Shown: positions 28,724 to 39,003, counted from the first letter of the stretch. The stretch is 64,000 nt of DNA from an uncultured Verrucomicrobiae bacterium (GCA_963706955.1 CAVPOC010000006.1:313643-377642), one strand, 5' to 3'. The notes: generated by a model from the letters alone, not told the origin. Made by a program: numbers and translations.

Positions 28724-29731
28724 ATGCAACGCATCATAAACGATCCTTCACGAGTAACCGAGGATGCGCTGGAAGGAATTATCCTGTCGCATTCCGACTT
28801 GTTGGCCAAGACCGACAATCCGCGCGTCGTCCGATACGTTGGCTCGCCTGTTAAGGGGAGAGTTGGTATCGTCACAGGTGGCGGCTCCGGGCACGAACCT
28901 GCCTTTGTCGGCTATGTCGGGAAGAACATGGTGGATGTCGTTGCCGTTGGGGAAATATTTGCTTCGCCCTCCGCCCACATTTTTCGTGATGCCATTCGCG
29001 CCGCTGATGGCGGCGCCGGCGTAGCCATTCTTTATGGGAACTATGCTGGCGATAACATGAATGTGAAGATGGCCCGGCGAATGGTTCAAGCCGATGGAAT
29101 CAAAGTGGAGACCGTGATCGCCAATGATGACGTTGCCTCGGCGGCCAAGACAGAACGGGAGAAACGTCGAGGAGTCGCCGGGGAAATTCTCATGTGGAAG
29201 GTTGCCGGCGCTAAGGCGGCTACCGGCGCGTCCCTGGAGGAGGTGATAAAGACAGCCCAAAAAGCAATCGACTCGACTCGCAGTATCGGCATTGGGCTCT
29301 CCTCTTGTGTCATTCCCGCGGCGGGCAAACCGAATTTTCACATCGAACCTGGGAAGATGGAGGTCGGCATCGGTCACCATGGCGAACCCGGAGTCAAGGT
29401 CGACGATCTGAAGAGCGCTGACGAGATGGCGCAAATCTCCCTCGACTACATCCTGCCTGATCTGCCGTTCAACTCTGGAGACGAGATAGTTGCCATGGTT
29501 TCCGGTCTCGGGGCAACACCCGTGATGGAGCTTTACATCGTTTACAGGAAGTTGGTCGAGCTTCTCGGCAACGCTGGCATTTCCGTTTACCATTCCTACG
29601 TCGGCAATTACTTCACCTCGCTCGAAATGTTGGGTGTTACGGTCACGCTCATGAAACTGGATGCCGAGCTGAAAGAACTTATCGCCGCGGAGGCGACCTC
29701 GATCGGACTCACGCAGGCCAAACGTTCCTAA
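28724..29731 (+). CDS. dhaK: Dihydroxyacetone/tetrulose kinase subunit K
   Basis: Start MQRIIND at 28724; GGGSGHEP, VGEIFASP, NYAGD, RRGVAG, GIGHHGEPG. Confidence 0.9.
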   Translation: MQRIINDPSRVTEDALEGIILSHSDLLAKTDNPRVVRYVGSPVKGRVGIVTGGGSGHEPAFVGYVGKNMVDVVAVGEIFASPSAHIFRDAIRAADGGAGVAILYGNYAGDNMNVKMARRMVQADGIKVETVIANDDVASAAKTEREKRRGVAGEILMWKVAGAKAATGASLEEVIKTAQKAIDSTRSIGIGLSSCVIPAAGKPNFHIEPGKMEVGIGHHGEPGVKVDDLKSADEMAQISLDYILPDLPFNSGDEIVAMVSGLGATPVMELYIVYRKLVELLGNAGISVYHSYVGNYFTSLEMLGVTVTLMKLDAELKELIAAEATSIGLTQAKRS

Positions 29732-29745
29732 CCATTCTAAATACC

Positions 29746-30393
29746 ATGTCCTCCTCCTATCCTACCTCCGAAGGCCGTAAGCTTCTTCTTGCCTTGATTG
29801 AGACCGTCGACACCAATGGCGCTTACCTTAGCGAAATCGACGGAGCTACTGGAGACGGCGACCACGGGATCAATATGACCAAGGGCGTGCGCCGGACGAA
29901 GGAGAAGCTTGGGGAACAAAACGTGACCGTTCCCCAAGGTCTTGACATGCTCGGCCAGGTGCTTCTCGCCGAGATTGGGGGAGCCATGGGCCCACTCTAC
30001 GGCAGCTTCTTCATCGATATGGGCACCGCCTGCGGAGATGCTCCTGCCGTCGACAAAGAGGTCTTCGGTAAGATGCTCAAGGCGGGAGTAGCCGCGATGC
30101 AGGATCTCGGTGGAGCGAAAGTAGGCGACAAGACGATGATGGATGCCTTGATTCCGGCGTCCGAGGAATATGAGAAAGCGGTGTCGGAGGGAGCAAGCTT
30201 CTCTGACGCGCTGAATCGAATGACCGATGCGGCCGAGAGAGGCAGGGAGGCTACTCGGGGGATGATTGCCAAGTTGGGCCGAGCCAGCCGGCTAGGAGAA
30301 CGCTCTCGGGGAATCCTTGACGCTGGCGCCGTCTCCTGTTCGCTGATTCTAAAGACATTTTCGGATACCTTGCAGAGCGCGAAGGAAAATTAA
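29746..30393 (+). CDS. dhaL: Dihydroxyacetone/tetrulose kinase subunit L
   Basis: GDGDHG, GGAMGPLYG, GDKTMMDAL, GRASRLGERS, DAGA. Confidence 0.92.
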   Translation: MSSSYPTSEGRKLLLALIETVDTNGAYLSEIDGATGDGDHGINMTKGVRRTKEKLGEQNVTVPQGLDMLGQVLLAEIGGAMGPLYGSFFIDMGTACGDAPAVDKEVFGKMLKAGVAAMQDLGGAKVGDKTMMDALIPASEEYEKAVSEGASFSDALNRMTDAAERGREATRGMIAKLGRASRLGERSRGILDAGAVSCSLILKTFSDTLQSAKEN

Positions 30394-30915
30394 GCGTTAT
30401 GCCTAGCTTTCCTGCCGATCTCCGCGGACCGCCTCGACGCTCCGTCCGCTAATTCAAATTTTTTTGACATCTGTTAGTCTTTCCTTCTCGAGATTGAGAA
30501 TGAAGGGCGACAGGGAGCTTGAGCCAAAACACGACGCATCTTCTCCCGCACATAGCAGCTCCGAGTGCCAACTTGCAAGTTGTGGGCGGTGTTAGTTCCG
30601 ACCGAGGCGCTGGGCGTCGCTTTGATGCGCCCTTTGAATTCTTACGGTCCAAGACATCTTCGCCGACGAACCCGATGCTTGACAGGCTGCAGCGTTCCGT
30701 TGGAGGGGAAACAAGTAGTCGTTGCCGTATTTGGAAGATGAAGCGGTCGGAGATATGCGGAGCTTGGGCCCCATCGAACCGAATTTTATCGCCAGATGCG
30801 GGTGACGGCCGTTTCACATTCGCGTCACTCTTGGTGGGCGACGAGCGCGATCACGTTCAGAGATGGGGTCACCGAGCGACCATTGGCGCAAGCAGACCTT
30901 CACGAACAAGGTTCC

Positions 30916-31944
30916 ATGTTAGTGAGAGAGACTAATCGAACATACGAGGTGCCGGGCGATTCCGAGCAAATCGTCCGGGCGGCTTGGTTATACCATGTCG
31001 CGGGTAATACCCAGGAGCAGACAGCCGATCTGCTGGGAATCTCCCGCGTAAAGGTGAACCGGCTTTTGGCGGAGGCGCGAGAGTTCGGGATCGTCAAAAT
31101 CTCCATCGAACATCGTTTTGCCCGAATGGTGGAGGTCGAAGAGAAAATTAGACGGCGCCATAATCTTACGTTTTGCCGCACCACGCCACCGATCGTGTCT
31201 TACTCTCCCGCGCGACGAAAGACCCTTCCTTCCCGATCCAGACTCGAAGCCGAAAGCCCGATTGCGCGTCGAGCGGTCGCTATTGTCGCTGCGGAATTGC
31301 TTCGTGAACGACTCCAAGCCGACGAGAGCAGCGTGATCGGAGTGGGCTGGGGGAGAACCATGGCTGCGGTTCCAGATCACCTCACCGGTGTGACCAAACC
31401 CAGCGTCAAATTTGTCTCGGTGATGGGCTCGTTGACACGCACCTCGGCAGCGAACCTCTTTGAAGTCGTTTATCAATTTGCTGAAAGGACGGGCGGAGAA
31501 GGGCACTTTCTTCCCGTTCCTTTCATTGCAAACACGATCGCGGACCGTCAGATCTTCATGTCGCAGCGCATTTTTAAAGAGACGCTTGCTCTCGCCGAAC
31601 AGGCGAGCTTCTACATGGCGACCTTTGGACCATGTGACGAGCACAGCCTTCTCTTCAAACAGCGCTATTTATCCGGGGTGGAGCTTCAGGATCTCAAGCG
31701 GGCGGGTGCCGTCTGCGATTGTCTGGGCAAGTTCTTCAACGCTGACGGCAAAGTGGCGCAGAGTGACGTAAATCAACGAACCCTCTCCGTCGAGTTGGAT
31801 CACCTTTTTGAAAGAGAAGTGATCCTTCTCTGCGCCGGAAGGGAAAAGCTGGAGGCGGTCCAAGCCTTGCTGAAAGCCGGCTTCGTTAATGGATTGATTA
31901 TCGATGGCGACACAGCACTTTTGCTGAGCGAAGCGCGCGATTGA
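30916..31944 (+). CDS. SorC/DeoR(LsrR)-family sugar-binding transcriptional regulator
   Basis: RAAWLYH...TQEQTADLLGISRVKVNRLLAEARE.GIVKI HTH; GVGWGRT; GLIIDGDTA. Start probably at 30916. Confidence 0.9.
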   Translation: MLVRETNRTYEVPGDSEQIVRAAWLYHVAGNTQEQTADLLGISRVKVNRLLAEAREFGIVKISIEHRFARMVEVEEKIRRRHNLTFCRTTPPIVSYSPARRKTLPSRSRLEAESPIARRAVAIVAAELLRERLQADESSVIGVGWGRTMAAVPDHLTGVTKPSVKFVSVMGSLTRTSAANLFEVVYQFAERTGGEGHFLPVPFIANTIADRQIFMSQRIFKETLALAEQASFYMATFGPCDEHSLLFKQRYLSGVELQDLKRAGAVCDCLGKFFNADGKVAQSDVNQRTLSVELDHLFEREVILLCAGREKLEAVQALLKAGFVNGLIIDGDTALLLSEARD

Positions 31945-32088
31945 GCGCCCAAGCTCGTTAGCAAGAATTCAGAAATTCGCTCGTTCTTCGCCCGTTAACT
32001 TCTACACACTTCTTTCGTAAGTCCGGCTTCGCGGCTGCCTCCGGAATAGGGAACGTCCCGGTTTCGTTCGTCGCCGCGATGGCAGGTC

Positions 32089-32889
32089 TTAAGAAGTGCC
32101 GCCAAGGACAGCTTGAACCGCGCGGGCGAAGGCCGTTCCTTGCGATCCAGGCGGACTGATCAGCTTGGCGGCGTTGCGGGCATTCTCTCGTCCGTGGTGC
32201 ATAGCGACCGAAAGTCCCGCCCACTCAAGGAGCTCGACATCATTATTTCCATCACCAAACGCGACGACATCTCCGCTGGCAATCCCGAGCACTTTAGCAA
32301 CGGCCTCGGCCCCGACCGCTTTATTGATGTCGGGCGCCGCTACCTCCAGGATTTCATTTTCCGTGCGGACAACATACATTTCTCCTCCAAACCGTCGCTC
32401 GACATCCTGTTGAATGGTATCGATCGTTTCGGGCGCGTGAATAAGAAGCAATTTTTGCAAGCCGGTCACGGCCAAGTCATTTAGCTTCCCACGCTTTGGG
32501 TGCCAGCCGGCGCCCAAGGCATAGCGCAGCGTCCATTCGGAGCTCTGGTCTGCGAAGGCTCCATCCCGGTGGTAACCGACCACCGTTAAACCTCGCTCTG
32601 CCCCATAGCGACAGACGTCCAGAGCTTGAACGAGCGTGAGCGTCCGTTCGTGCAACAAGGCCGACGTCCGGGCGTGCCTGACGACGGCACCATTGGAAGA
32701 GATTACCCAACCCTGTTGCCCGATCCGATCTTCAAAGCGAACGATATTCTCGTGGTGTCGACCTGACCCGATGATGATTTCAAACCCGCTCTCTCTTAAA
32801 GCCTGTAAGGCTTGCAAATTCGCGGGACTGATCGTCTTGTCCGGCGATAAGAGTGTGTCATCGAGGTCAATCACTGCCATTTTTTGCAT
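32089..32889 (-). CDS. Cof-type HAD-IIB hydrolase
   Basis: DLDDTLL, GSGR, NGA, AFGDGNNDVELL. Confidence 0.92.
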   Translation of the reverse strand: MQKMAVIDLDDTLLSPDKTISPANLQALQALRESGFEIIIGSGRHHENIVRFEDRIGQQGWVISSNGAVVRHARTSALLHERTLTLVQALDVCRYGAERGLTVVGYHRDGAFADQSSEWTLRYALGAGWHPKRGKLNDLAVTGLQKLLLIHAPETIDTIQQDVERRFGGEMYVVRTENEILEVAAPDINKAVGAEAVAKVLGIASGDVVAFGDGNNDVELLEWAGLSVAMHHGRENARNAAKLISPPGSQGTAFARAVQAVLGGTS

Positions 32890-32945
32890 GCGGCAAACTT
32901 CGGTGAGCCATCAATTTCTTCCAATGGAAAATTGTTATAGCGATG

Positions 32946-32960
32946 ATAACCTCCGGTTAT
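32946..32960. promoter_or_regulatory. LysR-type T-N11-A binding site
   Basis: ATAAC-CTCCG-GTTAT palindrome overlapping the lysR start codon, in the divergent HAD/LysR region. Confidence 0.65.
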
Positions 32961-33834
32961 GGAAATGCGGGAACTTCGCTCCTTTGTCCTCCTCGGCCAA
33001 CAATTACATTTCGGCCGGACGGCGCGTCTTTTGAACCTAAGTCAGCCCGCACTCACCAAACAAATTCGGAAAATCGAAGAAGATCTTGGATGTTTGCTGT
33101 TCCAGAGAGGGAAGCATGGAACGAAATTGACTAGCGCTGGTGAGACATTCCTGGAAGAGGCCAAACTGATCGTGAGCAGCTTTGACCGGCTCCTGGAACG
33201 AGGACGTAGACTCGCGCAGGGAGAGATCGGCCGGCTCAGAATCGGATTCGGCTTTCATACCTTTGAGTTGGTGCCACGTGTGATCGCTCGACTGCGGCGG
33301 GTGGCCCCTGCCGTGGAGATAAGTTTGCGAGACATGTCGACCGCCGAGCAGATCGAAGCGCTGCGAAACCGTCGAATTGATGCAGGATTCGTGCGCGCAC
33401 CAGCATCCAAGGAGTTCGAAAGCATGCCCGTCATTGATGATCGGCTCATACTGGTGACCTCCAAGAATTCCGGGTTGCCACAAAAAGCGACGCTCCGCGA
33501 CTGCACGAAACAACCGTTCATCCTCATCTCGAATGAGCGTGCTCCAACCTTCCGGCGGCACGCGCTTGCTCTTTGTGCGAAGCATGGTTTCCATCCGCGT
33601 TTGATTCAGGACACAAGTGAAGTCACGACATCGTTGGCGCTGGCTCGCGCCAACCTTGGAGTCACGCTTATTCCGCAATCGTTCGGCACAGCGCACATCA
33701 CGGGCGTGCGCGTTCACGCCTTGGATGATCCTGAGGCAGCATGGGCAGTCAGCGCGGCATGGCGGAAAGGGGATACAAATCCTGTCTTGAAGCGCTTTAT
33801 TGAGCTGTTGAGAGACGAGATCGCTAGCCGTTAG
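32959..33834 (+). CDS. LysR-family transcriptional regulator
   Basis: LHFGRTARLLNLSQPALTKQIRKIEEDLGCLLFQR HTH plus substrate-binding domain. Confidence 0.95.
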   Translation: MEMRELRSFVLLGQQLHFGRTARLLNLSQPALTKQIRKIEEDLGCLLFQRGKHGTKLTSAGETFLEEAKLIVSSFDRLLERGRRLAQGEIGRLRIGFGFHTFELVPRVIARLRRVAPAVEISLRDMSTAEQIEALRNRRIDAGFVRAPASKEFESMPVIDDRLILVTSKNSGLPQKATLRDCTKQPFILISNERAPTFRRHALALCAKHGFHPRLIQDTSEVTTSLALARANLGVTLIPQSFGTAHITGVRVHALDDPEAAWAVSAAWRKGDTNPVLKRFIELLRDEIASR

Positions 33835-33853
33835 TCTAAAAGGGCGATTGGCG

Positions 33854-34480
33854 ATGAACATCGAATCTCTCCTGCTCTATCTTTCGACCTGGCTCCTCGT
33901 TGCTCTTACGCCTGGTCCAGCGGTCATCTATGTCGTGTCTCAAACGGCCAGATATGGACTGCAGGCCGGGTTGCGCGGAATTGTTGGAATACAGCTTGGC
34001 AACCTCATTGTCTTCCTCTGCATAGCGGTGGGGCTGGTCACGCTCCTGCCGGCGATGACCCACGCGTTTGTGGTTCTGCAAATTGCAGGCGCCGCTTATT
34101 TAATCTATCTCGGTTTTCGAATCATCATCTCTTCTCTTCAGCGAGCGCCGCGTGAAACGAGCCCGCCTTGCCGGCCAGCAGAAGCGGGCGGCAATCTCGT
34201 GCAAGCGGTTCTCCTTCAGCTCACCAATCCTAAAGCCCTGATGTTCGTCTCGGCGTTAGTGCCGCAGTTTCTTGATCCTGAGCGACAGCTGATGTTTCAA
34301 ATGGCGATTCTTCTGAGCTGCACCGTTGCGGTGGACGCAGTTGTTTTGGGATCGTATGTGTTGCTTGCAGATCGTGGCAAGCGTGCGCTCCGTCACGCCG
34401 GAGTTTCAAGATGGATTGAATGCGCCTTCGGTGTCGCGCTGGTAGGACTTGGCGTCAGACTTCTTGATTGGCGAAAATGA
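33854..34480 (+). CDS. LysE/RhtB-family translocator
   Basis: TPGPAV, GAAYLIYLG, LTNPKA motifs. Confidence 0.92.
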   Translation: MNIESLLLYLSTWLLVALTPGPAVIYVVSQTARYGLQAGLRGIVGIQLGNLIVFLCIAVGLVTLLPAMTHAFVVLQIAGAAYLIYLGFRIIISSLQRAPRETSPPCRPAEAGGNLVQAVLLQLTNPKALMFVSALVPQFLDPERQLMFQMAILLSCTVAVDAVVLGSYVLLADRGKRALRHAGVSRWIECAFGVALVGLGVRLLDWRK

Positions 34481-34720
34481 TCGCGGATTGCCCTTCCCGG
34501 ATCTTCTTGGAAACAGGGTGCATTTTCGGGTTGGGAAATCCGAATAACTACGTCATTGCCCCGCATTTTTTAAACGGTGCTACTTCTCCGCCAGCTTCCG
34601 AATGCCTAACGGTTGCGAGGGAAGCGCGCTAAAATTAAACTGGCCCGAGATAGCAGTATTTGCATGAGGGCAGCTTCCCGGACCTTGAGAAGTCGCGCCA
34701 TGATTTAAGATGCGCCAGGC

Positions 34721-36016
34721 TCACTTGTTGTATGTGACTCGCCAGATCGAGTCATTTGCATCCTCGCTTACGAGAAGCGAGCCGTCTTTCATTACGGCCA
34801 GACCCACTGGACGGCCCCAAACGTTTCCCTCAGGCGTAACAAATCCCGTGAGAAAATCCTCATACACACCTTTGGGTCTGCCGCGATCCAGTGGCACTCG
34901 CACCACCTTATACCCTGTTCGCTTGGCTCTGTTCCAGGACCCATGTAGCGCGACAAAGGCATCTCCGCGATAATCGTCCGGAAATTGATCGCCGGTGTAA
35001 AAGATCATCTGCAGAGGCGCCGAATGCGCCTGCACTAACACATCTGGTAGGAGAACCTTGTCGGCGAGATCTGGACGAGCACCCGGATGGCGGGGATCCT
35101 GACGCTTCCCAAGGTAGAACCAAGGCCACCCGTAGAATCCGCCTTCGCGCACCCGGGTGATGTAGTCCGGGACAAGATCGTCGCCCAGCCCATCGCGCTC
35201 ATTTACCGAGGCCCAGAGCTCACCCGTCTCCGGATGAATGGCAATGCCGACCGCATTGCGCAAGCCCCACGCGAATACTTTCCTGTTCGAACCGTCCGGA
35301 TTAAACTGGAGAATGCGAGCGCGGTCACGCTCCTCGGGTTGAGTGGTCTCGTCGTCAACATTTGTCTTCGATCCGATCGAGGCAAAAAGCCGGTTTCCAT
35401 CCTTTGAAAAAACAATATCGCGAGTCCAGTGCCCTCCGCCGGTCAGTCTTCCACCCGAAGAGAGATCTGCGACGTGCATGGGCCGGCTGCGCGCCTTTAG
35501 ATCGCCGTCGCGGTATGGAAAGCGCACGATTCCGTTGGTATTGGCCACATAGAGATATTCCGGCGAAGGTCCCGGCGGATAGAAGGCAAGTCCAAACGGC
35601 TGTCGCAGGCCAGTGGCAAACGGTTGGTTGACTTCGGGACGGCCATCACCGTCAGCGTCGCGGAGGATCCGAATTCTGCCAGCGTAACTTTCCGCGACAA
35701 AGATATCGCCGTTCGGGGCCGTCAGCAGGTAGCGGGGCGTCTCCAATTCGCTGGCGAAAAGTGTCACCTTAAACCCGTTCGGAACATTCGGCGTTGCGCC
35801 TTTGGGGCGAGCGACAACTTTAGGTCCGTTATAGACGGATGGTGTTGAATAGTCCGGCGGAAGATCCTCGATGGTGATCTTATGCTCGACGCCAGGCGCG
35901 TCTGATTGCCAGTCGCCGGCCTTTCCCTGGCCGATCAAGACACTATTTTCAGCAAGGCACGGTCCCGCGAGGGCTACGGCCAGCCACGACGCCGCGGCTC
36001 GCTGAGCGAAATTCAT
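34721..36016 (-). CDS. Sorbosone/PQQ-type sugar dehydrogenase family beta-propeller
   Basis: GHWTRDI, GLRNAVG, VNERDGLGDDLVPDY, FYGWPW, HGSWNR, WGRPVG. Confidence 0.9.
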   Translation of the reverse strand: MNFAQRAAASWLAVALAGPCLAENSVLIGQGKAGDWQSDAPGVEHKITIEDLPPDYSTPSVYNGPKVVARPKGATPNVPNGFKVTLFASELETPRYLLTAPNGDIFVAESYAGRIRILRDADGDGRPEVNQPFATGLRQPFGLAFYPPGPSPEYLYVANTNGIVRFPYRDGDLKARSRPMHVADLSSGGRLTGGGHWTRDIVFSKDGNRLFASIGSKTNVDDETTQPEERDRARILQFNPDGSNRKVFAWGLRNAVGIAIHPETGELWASVNERDGLGDDLVPDYITRVREGGFYGWPWFYLGKRQDPRHPGARPDLADKVLLPDVLVQAHSAPLQMIFYTGDQFPDDYRGDAFVALHGSWNRAKRTGYKVVRVPLDRGRPKGVYEDFLTGFVTPEGNVWGRPVGLAVMKDGSLLVSEDANDSIWRVTYNK

Positions 36017-36101
36017 GACACGTGCAATCAGAGTCAAGAGGCTAACTCAGCCGGTCGTGCTTGTCTAATGCCACCGGCAGTCTGTGGACCGGAACGCGCC
36101 G

Positions 36102-36689
36102 TTAATCCTTAGGATTGCGAACGCCAATGACGCCCACGGCGAGGCGATCGCCCGCGTTCCCAGATGGCTGGCTACCATCGTCCACTTTTGCATGGACCAC
36201 CACGCCGCGTCCGATGATCGGATTCAAGCGGCCGGCTAGTGAGATATTGTCCACGGTCAACTTAAAGTTGGCGTTGCCCGCCTCATCGGACTCTAGGTTA
36301 CCAAAGTCTCCCGCATGACGGTTCTCTTTGTCCGGCAGCGCATGCGGATGGTGCATTGGGTTATAATGATCACCAGCGCTCTTTCCATCCTTGGAGGTGA
36401 GGTCACCGTACTGGTGGATATGAATGGCATGCTTTGAATTTGGGGGCAGCCCGGTTAGTTTCGCCTCGATCTCGACTTGACCCTTCTCGCCTGGTTTGAA
36501 TGTGATCACACCAGTTGTCTGGTTTCCCTCGGTCGGCGATAGCACCGCGACCAATTCTGTCGCATCAACAATCACCGGAGAGGATTCCATTGCTTCATCT
36601 ACCGGCTCTTCCGCTATCGACAACAAGGGCGCACCAAATGTGAGACTGAGGGTGGCGAGAGTGATGAAGAGGCGAGCGTTTGTGCGCAT
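36102..36689 (-). CDS. sodC: Cu/Zn superoxide dismutase, exported
   Basis: Signal peptide; HAIHIHQYGD, GDHYNP, RHAGDFGN, IIGRGVVVH, GNAGDRLAVGVI. Confidence 0.95.
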   Translation of the reverse strand: MRTNARLFITLATLSLTFGAPLLSIAEEPVDEAMESSPVIVDATELVAVLSPTEGNQTTGVITFKPGEKGQVEIEAKLTGLPPNSKHAIHIHQYGDLTSKDGKSAGDHYNPMHHPHALPDKENRHAGDFGNLESDEAGNANFKLTVDNISLAGRLNPIIGRGVVVHAKVDDGSQPSGNAGDRLAVGVIGVRNPKD

Positions 36690-36775
36690 CTCTGACCTTC
36701 GCAAATTTGCCCGCAAGCGCAATCAGTAGTGCGTCCTAGCAGAGTCTCAGCATTTTCCCGATCCCTGGGGCGTCG

Positions 36776-37672
36776 TCAATCGAGTCCGCGAGGATCAAAG
36801 GCGTCTCTCAACGCGTCACCAAGGAAGTTCAGCGCCAGCAGGGTTACGGCCATCGCAGCTGCGGGAAATGCCACCAGCCACCACCGGATGAAGACGGGGT
36901 TGAGTGCGGCGGCACCGTCAGCCAGCAGCGATCCCCAGCTCGCCGCAGGCGCTTGCACGCCAAGCCCAAGGAAACTCAGGAAAGATTCGTCGATGATCAC
37001 GGCCGGGATCGTCAGCGTGAGATAGATCAAGATGACTCCGGCGAGGTTTGGCAGGAGATGCCTTAAAATGATCCGGTGATGAGACTGGCCCAAAGCGGTG
37101 GCCGCTGTTACGAAGGCGCGGCTCTTGAGCGCGAGCGTTTGCCCCCGAACAATCCTCGCGAGCGTCAACCATTCAATGACACCGAGTGAAACGATGAGAA
37201 TAGCGATTCGTGAGGACGTAACCAGCCAATCCCAGCCGATCTTTGAAGCGAATTCCTGGAGCTGAGAATTGAACGCATTTATACAAATAAGAATAAAGAT
37301 GAGCCTGGGAATAGAGTAGAGAATGTCGACGCCCCGCATCATGAAATTGTCGAGTCTTCCTCCGCAGTAGCCGGCTATCAAACCATAGGCGGCTCCGATG
37401 AATAGGCTGACGAATGCGCCGCACAATCCCACCAGCAACGAAATCCGGCCTCCGGCAAGGACACGGTAGAGAAGGTCACGCCCATTGAGATCTGTCCCGA
37501 AGGGGTGATCAAGGGAAGGAGGAGCGAAAGAAAGAGGCCCGGGTTCGGAATAGCTAACCGGAAGCAGAAGCGGTCCGAGAACGACACTTATGCTGATGAC
37601 TAGGAGTATTCCCGCCGAGACCAGGGCTACAGGATTTTTCCAAAACTTACCGAGGGCTCTCTGATCAAGCAT
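36776..37672 (-). CDS. oppC: Oligopeptide ABC permease (OppC family)
   Basis: Start MLDQRALG; HPFGTDLNGRDL, ARIVRGQ, RHLLPN, ESFLSFLGLG, NFLGDALRDAFDP. Confidence 0.9.
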   Translation of the reverse strand: MLDQRALGKFWKNPVALVSAGILLVISISVVLGPLLLPVSYSEPGPLSFAPPSLDHPFGTDLNGRDLLYRVLAGGRISLLVGLCGAFVSLFIGAAYGLIAGYCGGRLDNFMMRGVDILYSIPRLIFILICINAFNSQLQEFASKIGWDWLVTSSRIAILIVSLGVIEWLTLARIVRGQTLALKSRAFVTAATALGQSHHRIILRHLLPNLAGVILIYLTLTIPAVIIDESFLSFLGLGVQAPAASWGSLLADGAAALNPVFIRWWLVAFPAAAMAVTLLALNFLGDALRDAFDPRGLD

Positions 37673-38585
37673 CGAGGCGGATCCTTCGGTCGAGCAACGT
37701 GTAAATGACGTCCACCGCGAGATTGAAGAACACGAGCATCGTGCAATAGACGATGACGACTCCGCCAAGGAGAAATCCGTCACGATTCAGGATCGAGTTC
37801 ACAAAAAATCCACCGGCGCCCGGAATGTAGAAAATGGTTTCGACAACGATCGAGCCCGTCAGCAAATGTGCTGCCAGAGGACCGAGGAACGAAACAACGG
37901 GAAGGATGGCGACTCGCAGGGCGTGGCGGTAGAGGACGAACCGCTCGGCCAAGCCCTTGGCTCGCGCCGTTCGAATAAAGTCCTGACCAAGCGTCTCCAT
38001 CATGCTGCCGCGCAGCAAGCGCGCGATGTAGGCAACGTAGGGAGCTGCCAGTGTGATGGCAGGCAGGATAACCGCGCTCGCGCTGCTCCAACCGCCCACC
38101 GGCAGCCAGTGGAGCCAAAAACTGAAGATCAGGATCAAGACGGGTCCGGTGATGAAGGCAGGCAAGGAAATCGCTGCCAGCGCCAGCAGCATCGCTAACG
38201 TATCCTTCCATGTTCCATGGCCGGCAGCCGCGGCAACGCCAAGAAAAGTACCGCCTGTTATGGCCACGGCGAACGCGAAGGCGCCAAGCGTCATCGTCAC
38301 GGGAAGAGTCTGCGCCAGAATCTCGGCGACACTGCGATTTCGATACTTCGTGGAGTCGCGCAGGTCTCCGCGCACCAGATCGCCTAGATAGCCTACGTAT
38401 TGCTGCCAAAGGGGACCATCCAACTTATACTTGGCCAGCAGCTGCTTCTCAATTGCCGGTGGAAGCTTCCGCTCCGCATCGAATGGTCCGCCGGGGGAAA
38501 GACGAATGAGAAAGAAGGTGATTGTGACCACACAGAACAACACGACCACCAACGCAATGGAGCGACGGACGAGGAAAGCGATCAC
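37665..38585 (-). CDS. oppB: Oligopeptide ABC permease (OppB family)
   Basis: PGGPFD, DFIRTARAKGL, GSIVVETIF, NLAVDVIYTLLDRRIR. Confidence 0.92.
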   Translation of the reverse strand: MIAFLVRRSIALVVVLFCVVTITFFLIRLSPGGPFDAERKLPPAIEKQLLAKYKLDGPLWQQYVGYLGDLVRGDLRDSTKYRNRSVAEILAQTLPVTMTLGAFAFAVAITGGTFLGVAAAAGHGTWKDTLAMLLALAAISLPAFITGPVLILIFSFWLHWLPVGGWSSASAVILPAITLAAPYVAYIARLLRGSMMETLGQDFIRTARAKGLAERFVLYRHALRVAILPVVSFLGPLAAHLLTGSIVVETIFYIPGAGGFFVNSILNRDGFLLGGVVIVYCTMLVFFNLAVDVIYTLLDRRIRLDA

Positions 38586-38704
38586 GCGTTTTCATCTATG
38601 CTCTCCGCGTGTCCCTGCCAAGCGCCCGATTGCCGAAGCGAGTGACCTAAAGGCAAGTGCAGAGAACGCGGCCTGGCTATATACGCGCAGTCGTTGAGGC
38701 CGTC

Positions 38705-38765
38705 TGTAGCGGCGGTGTCCCCACGGCCGAAAGGGCTCTTCGGCGGCGGGGACGCCGCCGCTCCA
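38705..38765. repeat. GTAG/GGAG-type REP doublet
   Basis: GTAGCGGCGGTGTCCCCACGGCCG facing the inverted GGAGCGGCGGCGTCCCCGCCGCCG; related units at 46471, 46508 and 48705. Confidence 0.7.
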
Positions 38766-38807
38766 GTAGGCCAGAAACGAGCTCTGCGATGGAAGGGACC
38801 TCAGCAT

Positions 38808-39003
38808 TTGAATCGCGCTTTCAGCGCTCCCCGAGGTTGCCTCCGCGTTCCAGGGGCGTTGCCCCAGGCCAAAACTGAATGGCACCGTTGGCGCCAGAGG
38901 GAACCGTAAGAAAGCGCCAAAGGCGCGGCTTCATATCAGCCTCGGGCAGCGCCCGAGGAAGGCATGCAAGGTACAAGTCCCCAGCACTGAAAGGGCGATT
39001 CAA
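38808..39003. repeat. Long inverted-repeat element (REPIN/MITE-like), copy 1
   Basis: Ends TTGAATCGCGCTTTCAGCGCT / AGCACTGAAAGGGCGATTCAA; internal hairpins GGGGCGTTGCCCC and CCTCGGGCAGCGCCCGAGG; second copy at 46609-46855. Confidence 0.85.

Noticed and set aside
30394..30915. Riboswitch or ORF in the long leader before the SorC regulator
   Set aside because: No known aptamer consensus or convincing coding signal; only the operator-like motif was retained.
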